A DNA stretch of 63,604 nucleotides, filler included. It is 6 parts of 6 records of this genome, joined end to end, with 100 filler letters (N's around TTAATTAATTAA, not from the genome) between each part and the next. Parts side by side here need not be neighbours in the genome. Positions count along the whole stretch, not along the records: positions 25,478 to 32,871 come from SRR31156797_10392; positions 32,972 to 58,462 come from SRR31156797_10398; 4 more parts are not named here. One strand, 5' to 3'. The translations under genes and the position numbers were made by a program. Below are positions 28,637-38,120 of this stretch, in pieces. The notes below the pieces were generated by a model, which had not been told where the DNA came from, ran no database searches, and saw only the letters and a program-made list of their open reading frames with translations. The stretch's first letter is position 1, and each line of letters begins with the position of its first letter.

Positions 28637-29744
28637 CTTCTAAATCTCCGCCACAAATAGGACATGCTCCTAATTTTGCTTTGAAAGCTTGTAGATCATC
28701 ATAAGCTTTCTTAACATTTCGTTTTTGAGTTTGATATTTATCCCATTTAATTTTTAATATTTTTTTATTTTCTTTAATTTCTATTAAGCGATTTTTTTTC
28801 TCTATTAATTCATGAAGAATTTTCAAATTAAAATTCTTATCCCGAATTTCAATTGATGCATCTAAGATTTTCTTCATTTTTTGAGAAATTTTCAAAGCCT
28901 TGGATTGTTTTTGGAGAATTTTGATTTTTTCAATATGCCCCCTATCAATCTCTTTAATTTTTTCAATTTTTTTATTTAAAATATCTTGTTTATTTGATAA
29001 TTTTTTTAGTTCTTTTAACTTCTTACTCTTTTCACTTAAGATATGTAATTGCTGTATAACATTTTTATCAATTACATAGATATTTTCAGTTTTTTGATTT
29101 AGTATATCTAGTTTATTTTTTAAATCTAATGCTTTTTGAAGTTTTGATCTCATTTCATTGCATTTAGTTATAATGTCTTTCAGTTTTAATAAAGTATCAT
29201 AATCAAAACTCATAAGTTCATCTTCAATTTTTTCTAATTGATTCTCTTTATTGTTTAAAAAATTAACATAATTTTTTTTCTTACTTGAAAGCTTATCACA
29301 TTCATTTTTCATATCATCTAATGCATCTACATATTTATCTTCTTTATCCCCGACAATTACTTTGTACTTTTCGCCAGGGCTATACCCTATTAAAAAAGGA
29401 GAAGTTTGTTGATGTTGAAAATTAACCTCTCCAATTTTTAGAAATTCTAGGGCCTTAAAATGCCCTCGACCAGGAGTATTATAGTTTTTTCCTCTAATTT
29501 TATATGACTTCTTGATCTTTGTTCGTTCGAAGCAATCATCATCGATCTGGACGAACATTTTTTTCATTGTAATGTTGATCTCGCCTTCAGTTATGGAATT
29601 CTTAGCGAATTCGTAAATCATTCTCATTAAAGAACTTTTACCGGTATTAGTCTCGCCTGTAACCTGGTTAATACCTGGTTTGAAAAGAACTTCTAATTTT
29701 CGGAAGACTTCATACCCCAATACTTTGATTTTCATTACTTCCAC
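28620..29744 (-). CDS. Rad50/SbcC-like ATPase, N-terminal half
   Basis: Walker A GETNTGKS, Q-loop NFQHQ, coiled coil ending in zinc hook CPICG. Confidence 0.8.
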   Translation of the reverse strand: MEVMKIKVLGYEVFRKLEVLFKPGINQVTGETNTGKSSLMRMIYEFAKNSITEGEINITMKKMFVQIDDDCFERTKIKKSYKIRGKNYNTPGRGHFKALEFLKIGEVNFQHQQTSPFLIGYSPGEKYKVIVGDKEDKYVDALDDMKNECDKLSSKKKNYVNFLNNKENQLEKIEDELMSFDYDTLLKLKDIITKCNEMRSKLQKALDLKNKLDILNQKTENIYVIDKNVIQQLHILSEKSKKLKELKKLSNKQDILNKKIEKIKEIDRGHIEKIKILQKQSKALKISQKMKKILDASIEIRDKNFNLKILHELIEKKNRLIEIKENKKILKIKWDKYQTQKRNVKKAYDDLQAFKAKLGACPICGGDLEGDNCV

Positions 29745-29750
29745 CTACTT

Positions 29751-30122
29751 TTATGCCATAATTTGAATTTGTATTTCATGTAAAGCGCTTGTTCCATTGT
29801 TTGAAGGAACATAAAGCACTTTATATTTTAAACCATTTTCTTTTAGTTGAATTTCATCTGCCAAATTAAAATTTTCCAACTTATCTCCAAATACCCAAAT
29901 ACCTTTTAAGAATTGAGCATCAGAAATTTTTTCATTAGTTTTATTAAATACTGCATTTTTAAAATTTGAATAAATTTTTATCAAATTGCAATTATTAATG
30001 CTTTGAGAAGGGAAGAGCCCTTTCTTGTTAGCATTCTTAAAAACTTCTAATATTTCATAGCTTGTACTACAATAAATATACCTTTCTGTGTCTAGTACAT
30101 TTTTGAAGTTCATCGATATCAC
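29751..30122 (-). CDS. Hypothetical protein
   Basis: 123-aa ORF in a tightly packed operon. Confidence 0.65.
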   Translation of the reverse strand: MISMNFKNVLDTERYIYCSTSYEILEVFKNANKKGLFPSQSINNCNLIKIYSNFKNAVFNKTNEKISDAQFLKGIWVFGDKLENFNLADEIQLKENGLKYKVLYVPSNNGTSALHEIQIQIMA

Positions 30123-30124
30123 CT

Positions 30125-30721
30125 CTATTTTTCTTTATTTTTATCGATAAAACTTGTAAAGCTATCAAGTGTTGTTTTAAATGGTAATTCATACTCCTGG
30201 TAAACTAGCTTATTCTTATAATAGAAAGCACTGTTCTCAAAATAAAACGCAAAAAAACGATCTTTTTCCGGAAAGTACTTTATTAAAAAAGTGTTTTTGG
30301 TTCGTTCTTCTTTTAAATGAAGGAATTCATCTACATTGAGGTCAAACTTTTTAAATAACTCAATAGGTTTGTACAAAGTTTTATTCTTTATTTTATCCAT
30401 ATTTTTAATAAAATCCAATAATGCAAGGATAATATAGGCATTATATTCTCTATTTGTTTTATGGTAATAATCAGGATATAAATGTTCAAGTAAATTTACA
30501 GTATTACTTGGGATATTATCTCTATATAGTACAAGCTCAAGCCTACTACTATACTCAGAGTTCTCATTAAAACATAGTCCTAATTCAAGATTTTTAAAAC
30601 ACATTTGAAGCAGTGGCATACCTTTATAGTCAATAATATTCATTAAGACTTTTCTGGATTGCTTAAATTTCTTCAAATGCTCTCTTATTAAGAACAAGTA
30701 TTTTACTTTATAGTTATACAT
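30125..30721 (-). CDS. Hypothetical protein
   Basis: 198 aa; AGGAGA SD. Confidence 0.7.
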   Translation of the reverse strand: MYNYKVKYLFLIREHLKKFKQSRKVLMNIIDYKGMPLLQMCFKNLELGLCFNENSEYSSRLELVLYRDNIPSNTVNLLEHLYPDYYHKTNREYNAYIILALLDFIKNMDKIKNKTLYKPIELFKKFDLNVDEFLHLKEERTKNTFLIKYFPEKDRFFAFYFENSAFYYKNKLVYQEYELPFKTTLDSFTSFIDKNKEK

Positions 30722-30847
30722 ATGACTCTCCTTTTTTTGAGCAAAAAAATAAACATGATATTATATTCATGTTCAAGTCTTCTTTTTTTGTTGTAAGGAA
30801 ATTATATCAATTTTCTTTGTCTTTGTAATAACTGTCATACTTTAGCC

Positions 30848-30881
30848 AAAAAGCCGTGAGTAATTAACTCACGGCTTTTTT
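30848..30881. terminator. Bidirectional intrinsic terminator
   Basis: AAAAAGCCGTGAGT-AATTA-ACTCACGGCTTTTT. Confidence 0.8.
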
Positions 30882-31091
30882 GTATTTTAATGTTTTTTCC
30901 CAATTTATATTTTCCACAGGACATTTTTTTTCATTATACGGATATTCTCCTGGACATAACTTTAAAATTTCTCCTTGCATACTTGTCATTTCATAACCTA
31001 CTAAATAGCCTACCAAATCTTCACTCTTATTTTTTAGAAAGATTCGATCACCTATTTGTAACTCATTTAAAGCCTTTAACCTCATGAACAC
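30864..31091 (-). CDS. Hypothetical protein
   Basis: 75 aa; AAGGAG SD. Confidence 0.6.
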   Translation of the reverse strand: MFMRLKALNELQIGDRIFLKNKSEDLVGYLVGYEMTSMQGEILKLCPGEYPYNEKKCPVENINWEKTLKYKKAVS

Positions 31092-31101
31092 TCCTTTTTC
31101 T

Positions 31102-31536
31102 TTAAGATGTTTTAAGCAACTCCTTATATGCTTCTTTTTTATACTTATAAGGCCGTTTATCTAACGTGATACAAAATTGCGATATTCCATCAGAAGTCTT
31201 TAAGCCGTTTCTAAATAAACTACTTTGAAGTTTATTTAAAAACTTAGCATCCTTAATAAGTTCTTTATCCGTTTCTTCGCACGGAACCTTATTATAACCC
31301 ATAATTTCATTTTTTAAAACATAAGAGATAAACTCTTTGTCTCCACTAAGGCCTAAATGTATTGTTCCGTTATTGTTGTATAGCGCGTTTTCTAATTTCT
31401 CATGTCTACTAGATAGCAGCATCAATCTTTTACCTAGCCTTAGAGCTTCATTTTTATTAATTTTGTTAAGCACGATTACTTTATCGCACCCTGTAATATT
31501 TCTCACTAATTCCTGTAATTTCTTATTATTTTGCAC
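31102..31536 (-). CDS. Hypothetical protein
   Basis: 144 aa; GTG start, AGGAGG SD. Confidence 0.65.
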   Translation of the reverse strand: MQNNKKLQELVRNITGCDKVIVLNKINKNEALRLGKRLMLLSSRHEKLENALYNNNGTIHLGLSGDKEFISYVLKNEIMGYNKVPCEETDKELIKDAKFLNKLQSSLFRNGLKTSDGISQFCITLDKRPYKYKKEAYKELLKTS

Positions 31537-31544
31537 GTATCCTC

Positions 31545-31826
31545 CTATTTTTCATCGATATAGTTAAGTGTTGTATAATACGTTTTGTGATTAATTCTGA
31601 ATGATTTGCCGTCCTTTACACAATAGTACAAAACTTCTTCTTTAGTTTGTACTTTATATTTATGTGAAATATCCAAAGGATTTGGACTCTTTACTAGCAT
31701 ATGATTCGTTATTGCAGAATGTATTATAATGAGAAATACAAGCGCAATAACCATAGGTACTAAAGTATTATCAAAGCTAAGTACTTTCTTTTTTTCAAAA
31801 CTAAATTTCATCTTCTTTTTTCTCAT
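31545..31826 (-). CDS. Hypothetical single-TM protein
   Basis: 93 aa, one hydrophobic helix; GGAGG SD. Confidence 0.65.
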   Translation of the reverse strand: MRKKKMKFSFEKKKVLSFDNTLVPMVIALVFLIIIHSAITNHMLVKSPNPLDISHKYKVQTKEEVLYYCVKDGKSFRINHKTYYTTLNYIDEK

Positions 31827-31834
31827 TATACCTC

Positions 31835-32080
31835 CTAATACATATCGTCTTTGTTATAATTTTTAACATCCATCTCATGTGTTTGTTTTAGTTCATAGAC
31901 TTCGTAATGTTTGCCATGATTGCAACCATACTCAAAACAAAGCCACCATTCGACGTACTCGTTTATATCCTGATCAGCAGGATAATCCTCTTTATTTTGG
32001 ATATTTAATACTATTACCTCTGATATATCTACTTTCAGTAGTGTTTCGAAAAAAACAACTGAGACTTTTTTATTTTTCAT
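31835..32080 (-). CDS. Hypothetical protein
   Basis: 81 aa; ATGA overlap with the upstream gene. Confidence 0.65.
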   Translation of the reverse strand: MKNKKVSVVFFETLLKVDISEVIVLNIQNKEDYPADQDINEYVEWWLCFEYGCNHGKHYEVYELKQTHEMDVKNYNKDDMY

Positions 32081-32799
32081 ACTGGCTCCTTTCTGCGAAC
32101 TCTTACGAACTCTTTAGATATAATTACCTTATTCTGAAATACTTTGAAATTAACAAAGCATTCTTCTGTACCCCAAATCTCCCTACAGATATAAATTGAT
32201 ACATTGATACTAAGCCTTGAATCAAAAGGGCGTTTCACAACTTTTGAATCAGCATCTTCTTTATTGCACGGAACTATAACCATACAATCAGTATCTTTTT
32301 CGTGAATAATTTTTATATAAGGTAGCGTTTTGAAAGTTGATTTAACAAGATATTTATGTAATGCAAACCTCATTCTGTCATTTTTGTATTCATATAATTT
32401 CGATCCTATTAATTTTTCTTCATTTTTAGAAATCTCATTTACGAATTCTTCATCAGAGTATTTACTATTAAACTTAGGTTGTTCTCTTTCGGCCTCTTTT
32501 AGGATTAATCTTCCTGGATAAAAATAGGCTGATAGAAAGAAAGGGCCTCTTCCGAATACATCCCAAATCATACTTCTTTTTATACCGATTCTAGGGCTAC
32601 CATTATGACCACACTTCCAGATAACTCCATCTTCTGTTCCTGGTAATAGACAAGGCATAATTGTTATTATTTTATTTTTTTTATCTAAATAAACATTAAA
32701 TATAGAACCTTCGTCTAAGCCTATTTTTTTCAATGTGTGTGTTTGCAACCTTAACCGCTCATTTTTAAAACCTATTAATGATTTCTCGATTAGTTCCAT
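32077..32799 (-). CDS. Hypothetical protein with internally duplicated AbrB/SpoVT-like units
   Basis: RLRL....LKKIGLDEG..F.V pattern; halves share KNERLR/KNDRMR and IMPC/IVPC. Confidence 0.6.
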   Translation of the reverse strand: MELIEKSLIGFKNERLRLQTHTLKKIGLDEGSIFNVYLDKKNKIITIMPCLLPGTEDGVIWKCGHNGSPRIGIKRSMIWDVFGRGPFFLSAYFYPGRLILKEAEREQPKFNSKYSDEEFVNEISKNEEKLIGSKLYEYKNDRMRFALHKYLVKSTFKTLPYIKIIHEKDTDCMVIVPCNKEDADSKVVKRPFDSRLSINVSIYICREIWGTEECFVNFKVFQNKVIISKEFVRVRRKEPV

Positions 32800-32802
32800 G
32801 AA

Positions 32803-32871
32803 TTAGTTCTCCAATGTAATTAGTTCTTTTGCAAAAGGTAGTGATTCAACCCATCTGCAAAATGTATCTTG
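32803..32871 (-). CDS. 3' end of an ORF resembling phage ThyX-like proteins (partial)
   Basis: QDTFCRWVESLPFAKELITLEN*; FCxWxExLP motif recalled from memory, only 22 aa. Confidence 0.35.
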   Translation of the reverse strand, partial: QDTFCRWVESLPFAKELITLEN

Positions 32872-32971
32872 NNNNNNNNNNNNNNNNNNNNNNNNNNNNN
32901 NNNNNNNNNNNNNNNTTAATTAATTAANNNNNNNNNNNNNNNNNNNNNNNNNNNNNNNNNNNNNNNNNNNN
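32872..32971. other. Artificial contig linker
   Basis: N-run + TTAATTAATTAA + N-run. Confidence 0.98.
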
Positions 32972-32972
32972 T

Positions 32973-33659
32973 GATTATTATAAACAAGAAGTTTTTAAAT
33001 CAATTACAAATATGTCAAAAAGAACAGGAATATTAGTTATATCAGAAGGTGTTGAAACAAAAGATGAAGCATTACAATCTATTGAATTAAGAGCGGATAT
33101 GATACAAGGTTTTTATATTAAGAAACCATCTTCGAAATTTTGTGACGTAGCCGATTTAAAGATTGATGAACTTCATAATGAATTTAAATTACACTTTGAC
33201 CAAAGAAGTATAGAGGAACGAAGCAGAAATTTAGAATTTTTAGGTTGCATAAGAGATTTAAGAAAAAAACTAAAAAATTACAGTTTAAATTTAATTTTCT
33301 TTGAAAAAAATGAATATAAGTATGAAGAGATGAAGAAGTTTTTAATTAAAAGTATTAGTAATATTAAATATATTGAATGTATCTATTTAATGGATAAAAA
33401 TGGAATTCAAATTAGTGAGACCATGTTTAGAGAAGCAACAGAAAGAAAATATAAAAGTTCGCTTTTTTCGCCTGCGGATATTGGAGAAGACCATTCTCTA
33501 AAACAATACTTTTTTAAACTTCATACGGGGCAAACAGAAGCATATATAAGTGATAATTATATATCGATGGCTACAGGGAATCCTTGTCGGACACTTTCTT
33601 CTTATATAAATGAAGAGATTGTTTTAGCTATAGATATAGATGAAAGTGAATATAAATAA
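32973..33659 (+). CDS. EAL phosphodiesterase with C-terminal PDC-like domain (5' partial)
   Basis: VISEGVET...MIQGFYIKKP; C-terminal YISMATGNPCRT; frame open from the contig edge. Confidence 0.82.
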   Translation, partial: DYYKQEVFKSITNMSKRTGILVISEGVETKDEALQSIELRADMIQGFYIKKPSSKFCDVADLKIDELHNEFKLHFDQRSIEERSRNLEFLGCIRDLRKKLKNYSLNLIFFEKNEYKYEEMKKFLIKSISNIKYIECIYLMDKNGIQISETMFREATERKYKSSLFSPADIGEDHSLKQYFFKLHTGQTEAYISDNYISMATGNPCRTLSSYINEEIVLAIDIDESEYK

Positions 33660-33669
33660 TTAAAGTTAA

Positions 33670-33700
33670 AGCTGTATCTTTTATTTTAAAAGATACAGCT
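33670..33700. terminator. Bidirectional terminator
   Basis: AGCTGTATCTTTTA/TAAAAGATACAGCT between convergent genes. Confidence 0.8.
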
Positions 33701-33737
33701 AGTTTTTTTGCTTAATTTATTAGTTTGCTGTAAATAT

Positions 33738-34334
33738 TTATAGCTTAAAAAATCCTTTAATTCCACCCATAACCATTTGTGCTGACATCGCAGCTAAAAT
33801 TAAACCAGTCAATTTACTTAAAATAGTTAAACCTCTTTTTTTAAGTAACTTTTCAATATAGCCTGCAGCATATAATAAAATGCCGAGTGTAACAACTGCA
33901 AGAAAAAGTGATAGTACTCCCATAGTTTTACTTTCGATAGATTTAAGTTCAATCCCCATAACAAGTAAAGTTCCTACAGTAGCAGGTCCTACAGCAACAG
34001 GCATAGCTAAAGGTACTACTGCAATATCGTCATTCTTTGGACAAGGAGCATTCTCGACTCCTCCTTTTATTAATCCAACTGCTGACAAAAATAGTAATGC
34101 ACCTGTACCAACTCTAAAAGAGTCTATAGTAATACCAAATAAGTTAAAAATAGTATTTCCGGCAAACATAAGAGTAAGCGTAATACATAAAATAGCAAAA
34201 GTTACTCTAATTGCCAGGTGTTTTTTATCATCTTCACTCCATGTACTTGTCATAGACAAAAAAGTAGAAAGTATAAAAAACGGTGTTAAAATAAAGAAAA
34301 GCTTCAAATAGTTCTCCAGTACAATGTTAATCAT
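33738..34334 (-). CDS. MarC family membrane protein
   Basis: FGITIDSFRVGTG, AVVPLAMP..VGP, six TM. Confidence 0.9.
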   Translation of the reverse strand: MINIVLENYLKLFFILTPFFILSTFLSMTSTWSEDDKKHLAIRVTFAILCITLTLMFAGNTIFNLFGITIDSFRVGTGALLFLSAVGLIKGGVENAPCPKNDDIAVVPLAMPVAVGPATVGTLLVMGIELKSIESKTMGVLSLFLAVVTLGILLYAAGYIEKLLKKRGLTILSKLTGLILAAMSAQMVMGGIKGFFKL

Positions 34335-34596
34335 CAGATCACCTCAATTATTTTTTTAAGTCAAAATGACTTAATTTATCTTTTATTTAAATAGTTATAT
34401 CTATATTAAGTAAAAAAATTTAACACACACTTCAACAAAAAGTTGAATGATTATATTTTTAGTTGAAAAATACAGAAGATAATAACATGTAATGAAAAAA
34501 AAATCTAGTGAAAATTAAAAGAAAATTTTGAAATTTAATAAAATTTTAATATAATATTTTTAGAATTCTAGTACAAGCATAATTTAGGAGGATACA

Positions 34597-35568
34597 ATGA
34601 GAAATATGGAACAGATTCAGAAAAAAGTTGAAGAGAAAAAATTATTAATTGATGAAGTAAAATTAGAAATATCTAAAGCTGTTATTGGACAGCAGGAAAT
34701 GATAGATAAAACACTAATTGGAGTTTTAACAGGTGGGCATATTTTATTGGAAGGTGTACCCGGTTTGGCAAAATCACTTACGGTAAATACAATATCAAGA
34801 GTATTAGGACTTGATTTTAGCAGGATTCAGTTTACTCCTGATCTTTTACCATCAGATATTATTGGTACAGAGATTTATGAGGAGAAAACTACTTCTTTTA
34901 AAACAAAACATGGGCCTGTATTTGCTAATTTGATATTAGCAGATGAAATTAACAGAGCACCGGCAAAAGTCCAATCTGCTCTTTTAGAAGCAATGCAAGA
35001 GAAACAAGTTACTATTTCAGATACTACATATAAATTAGACAGACCATTTTTGGTTTTAGCAACACAAAACCCACTTGAGCAAGACGGAACATATGCACTG
35101 CCTGAAGCTCAGCAGGATAGATTTATGATGAAACTTAATATAAACTATCCAACAAGGCATGAAGAACGTCAAATACTGGAAATGATTAGCTCAAACAACG
35201 AACCTGAGAATGTTAGTATAGATAAAAAACTCTCGAAAGAAGAGATCTTTGAACTTAGAACTTTAATAAACGAGATATTTATTGACGAGAGATTAAAAGA
35301 GTATATTTTAGATATAATATTCAAAACAAGAGAAGAAAATCCATATATTGAGTGTGGTGCTTCACCTAGAGCAGGAATTAATCTGATAAAAGCTTCTAAA
35401 GCTAAAGCATTTTTAGAGGGAAGAGCATATGTGATGCCTGATGATATCAGATCAGTTATTTATGATATACTAAGACATAGATTGATTTTAACTTATGAAG
35501 CAGAAGCAGAAGAGATGAGTGTAGAGCAGATAATTGCAAAAATGCTTGATGAAATAGAACTACCATAA
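34597..35568 (+). CDS. moxR: MoxR family AAA+ ATPase
   Basis: LEGVPGLAKS, RIQFTPDLLPSD, LADEINRAPAKVQSALLE. Confidence 0.93.
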   Translation: MRNMEQIQKKVEEKKLLIDEVKLEISKAVIGQQEMIDKTLIGVLTGGHILLEGVPGLAKSLTVNTISRVLGLDFSRIQFTPDLLPSDIIGTEIYEEKTTSFKTKHGPVFANLILADEINRAPAKVQSALLEAMQEKQVTISDTTYKLDRPFLVLATQNPLEQDGTYALPEAQQDRFMMKLNINYPTRHEERQILEMISSNNEPENVSIDKKLSKEEIFELRTLINEIFIDERLKEYILDIIFKTREENPYIECGASPRAGINLIKASKAKAFLEGRAYVMPDDIRSVIYDILRHRLILTYEAEAEEMSVEQIIAKMLDEIELP

Positions 35569-35581
35569 AGGTGTGATTTAG

Positions 35582-36397
35582 ATGCTAAGTAAAGAGTTAC
35601 TAAAAAAAATAAAGCAAATTGAAATTAAATCAAAAAGATTAAGTGAAGAGATCTTCTCGGGAGAATATCATTCTTTTTTTAAAGGAAACGGAATGGAATT
35701 TTCTGATATCAGAAGATACGCGCCTGGAGATGATATACGAAATATAGATTGGAAAGTAAGCGCCAGACAGAGAAAAACCTATGTAAAACAATTTATGGAA
35801 GAAAGAGAACTTAATTTCTTTCTTATTGTTGATCTGTCACAATCAAATACTTTTAAGAGAAAAAGAGAGTTAGTTGCTGAACTTTGCGCTGTTCTCTCAT
35901 TTTCTGCTGTAAAAAACGGAGATAAAGTTGGTTCGCTTTTATTCACTGACAAAATAGAAAAGTTTATTCCTCTTAAGAAAGGAAAAAAACACGCTCTTTC
36001 ATTAATAGAAAACTTACTGGATTTTGAACCTGAAAGTACAGGAACAAATATTAAGCAAGCGCTTCAATATTTTTCCAAAGTTCAAAAAAGAAGAAGTATA
36101 GTTTTTATTATTTCTGATTTTTTTGATACAGATTATGAAAAAGATATTCAGAAACTTTCGTCAAAACATGATGTAGTTCTTCTCAGAATAAAAGATGAGC
36201 AAAAAGAACTAATACCAAGTGGAGCAATTTTTACTTTTATAGACTCTGAAACCGGTGAAGAGATGACAGTTGAAAATATGAAAGAAGAGCTAAACTTAGA
36301 AACTGTACTAAATTTAAATAAAAATAATCTGATTGAACTAAACGTAGGAGAAGATTATGTAAAAAAACTCTCTTATTTTTTTAGTAAAAGGAGGTAG
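35582..36397 (+). CDS. DUF58 (vWA-like) protein
   Basis: GMEFSDIRRY.PGDD.RNIDWKVSAR, ISDF. Confidence 0.9.
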   Translation: MLSKELLKKIKQIEIKSKRLSEEIFSGEYHSFFKGNGMEFSDIRRYAPGDDIRNIDWKVSARQRKTYVKQFMEERELNFFLIVDLSQSNTFKRKRELVAELCAVLSFSAVKNGDKVGSLLFTDKIEKFIPLKKGKKHALSLIENLLDFEPESTGTNIKQALQYFSKVQKRRSIVFIISDFFDTDYEKDIQKLSSKHDVVLLRIKDEQKELIPSGAIFTFIDSETGEEMTVENMKEELNLETVLNLNKNNLIELNVGEDYVKKLSYFFSKRR

Positions 36398-36403
36398 AGT
36401 AGT

Positions 36404-37150
36404 TTGCCTAAAATAGCTAAAATAATATTCTTATTTTGCCTTTTTATCTCTAATATATCTTTTGGAAAAGATATTAATATAGGTGATTTAATCAAACTTA
36501 AAATAAAAAAAGAGATAACAAAGGATAATTTACTAAAAAGTTTTGAAAAATTTGAAATAGAGAGTATTGAAGAGGAAGATGATAACTATTTTATCTCATT
36601 TCGAATATATGAAACTGGAACTCACAAAGTCGAAGTAGCCGGAACAACTGTAAATATTGAAGTAAAATCCTTACTTACAGAAGAAGATAAGGATATTGAG
36701 ATGGAAATGGAAAATGGCGAAAATCTAGAACTATCGAAAATTAAGGCTCCTTTTCCTTATGAAATATTTTACTTAATAGCAATATTGATATTTATAGCTT
36801 TGATAATAAGATATATTCTTAAAAGAAATAAAAAAGAAATAAAATTATCTCCGCTAGAAGAGTTTAACAAAAATATTATTAATTTAAATGATGATGAATA
36901 CTATTATCAGTTGAGTTATGCCTTGAGAAGATATATCGATAGAAAGCTGGGAACAAAATTACTAAGTGGTCAATATGACGAGTATGAATATATCTTGAGT
37001 AAAGAAGCAGAGATATTGATTAAAAAACTAGATCAGCAAAAATTTAACCCTTTTGCTTCTTTAAGCGAGGAAAGAGAAAAAACAAAAGAAAAAGTTGTAA
37101 ATATAATAAAAGAATTAGAAATGGAAAAAGGTGAAAATAATGGAGTTTAG
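36404..37150 (+). CDS. Hypothetical membrane protein of the bat operon
   Basis: Signal peptide plus one TM; lies between DUF58 and batA. Confidence 0.75.
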   Translation: MPKIAKIIFLFCLFISNISFGKDINIGDLIKLKIKKEITKDNLLKSFEKFEIESIEEEDDNYFISFRIYETGTHKVEVAGTTVNIEVKSLLTEEDKDIEMEMENGENLELSKIKAPFPYEIFYLIAILIFIALIIRYILKRNKKEIKLSPLEEFNKNIINLNDDEYYYQLSYALRRYIDRKLGTKLLSGQYDEYEYILSKEAEILIKKLDQQKFNPFASLSEEREKTKEKVVNIIKELEMEKGENNGV

Positions 37151-38105
37151 AGCGTTTAGCTGGTATTTTCTTTTATTAATACCTGTTTTTATATATTTGT
37201 TTTATAAAAAGCAGAAAAAAAGTGCAATAAAATTTCCGAGTATCTCAATGATTAAAAAAGCGGGACTTAAAAAGAGTAAAAAACATTTAATAGGGAAAAA
37301 CCTGATATTTTTATCAATGCTTCTTTTTACAATTGCATTAATTAGACCTCAAGAGGTTGAACAAAACAAAAAAATCAGTAAAGACGGAATAGATATTGTA
37401 ATGGTAATGGATATTTCTGAAAGTATGTTAGCTGAGGATTTTGAGCCAAACAGACTTGAAACTGCGAAAGAAGTAATAAATGATTTCGTTGAGGAAAGAA
37501 TAAACGATAGAATAAGTCTGGTTGTTTTTGCTGGAAGTGCCTATACAAGAGTACCATTGACACTTGATTATGAAGTACTAAAACAAAGTCTGTTAAGTTT
37601 ATCAACTGATGATATTATTGATAATAATAGAACAGCGATCGGATTAGGAACTGCAACAGCAATTAATAGATTAAAAAAAAGTGAAGCTAAATCCAAAATT
37701 ATAGTTTTGGTAACAGATGGTGAGAATAATGCAGGTGAAATTAGTCCTGAGAATGCAATAGTTTTAGCAAAAGAGTTAGGCATAAAACTCTATACAGTTG
37801 GAGTTGGCGCAGAATATCTGAAGCAAAATACTTTCTTTGGAGTAAGAAATGTTAAAAATACAGCTCTTGATGAAAAATTACTTGTAAAGATGGCACAGGA
37901 AACAGGTGGAGCCTATTTTAGAGCAAGAGATGAAGAGAGTTTTAAAGATATATTTGAGGAAATCAATAAACTAGAAACAACTAAAATTGAAGCAAGAGAA
38001 ATATTTTTGTATACAGAGTTATACAAACCATTTGTAATAATTGGTTTAATATTTTTATTGATTGGATTATATTTTGATAGATATAAATATATTAAAATAC
38101 CTTAA
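37140..38105 (+). CDS. batA: BatA vWA-domain protein
   Basis: MIDAS DISESM, PNRLE, TAIG, LVTDGENNAG; N- and C-terminal TMs. Confidence 0.88.
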   Translation: MEFRAFSWYFLLLIPVFIYLFYKKQKKSAIKFPSISMIKKAGLKKSKKHLIGKNLIFLSMLLFTIALIRPQEVEQNKKISKDGIDIVMVMDISESMLAEDFEPNRLETAKEVINDFVEERINDRISLVVFAGSAYTRVPLTLDYEVLKQSLLSLSTDDIIDNNRTAIGLGTATAINRLKKSEAKSKIIVLVTDGENNAGEISPENAIVLAKELGIKLYTVGVGAEYLKQNTFFGVRNVKNTALDEKLLVKMAQETGGAYFRARDEESFKDIFEEINKLETTKIEAREIFLYTELYKPFVIIGLIFLLIGLYFDRYKYIKIP

Positions 38106-38120
38106 TTTTGGAGGAGAAAA

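Larger units (their letters stand above)
25478..32871 (-). mobile_element. Phage- or large-plasmid-like fragment
   Basis: All genes co-oriented; many short ORFans; HU, UvrD and split SbcC; no structural or integrase gene seen. Confidence 0.55.
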
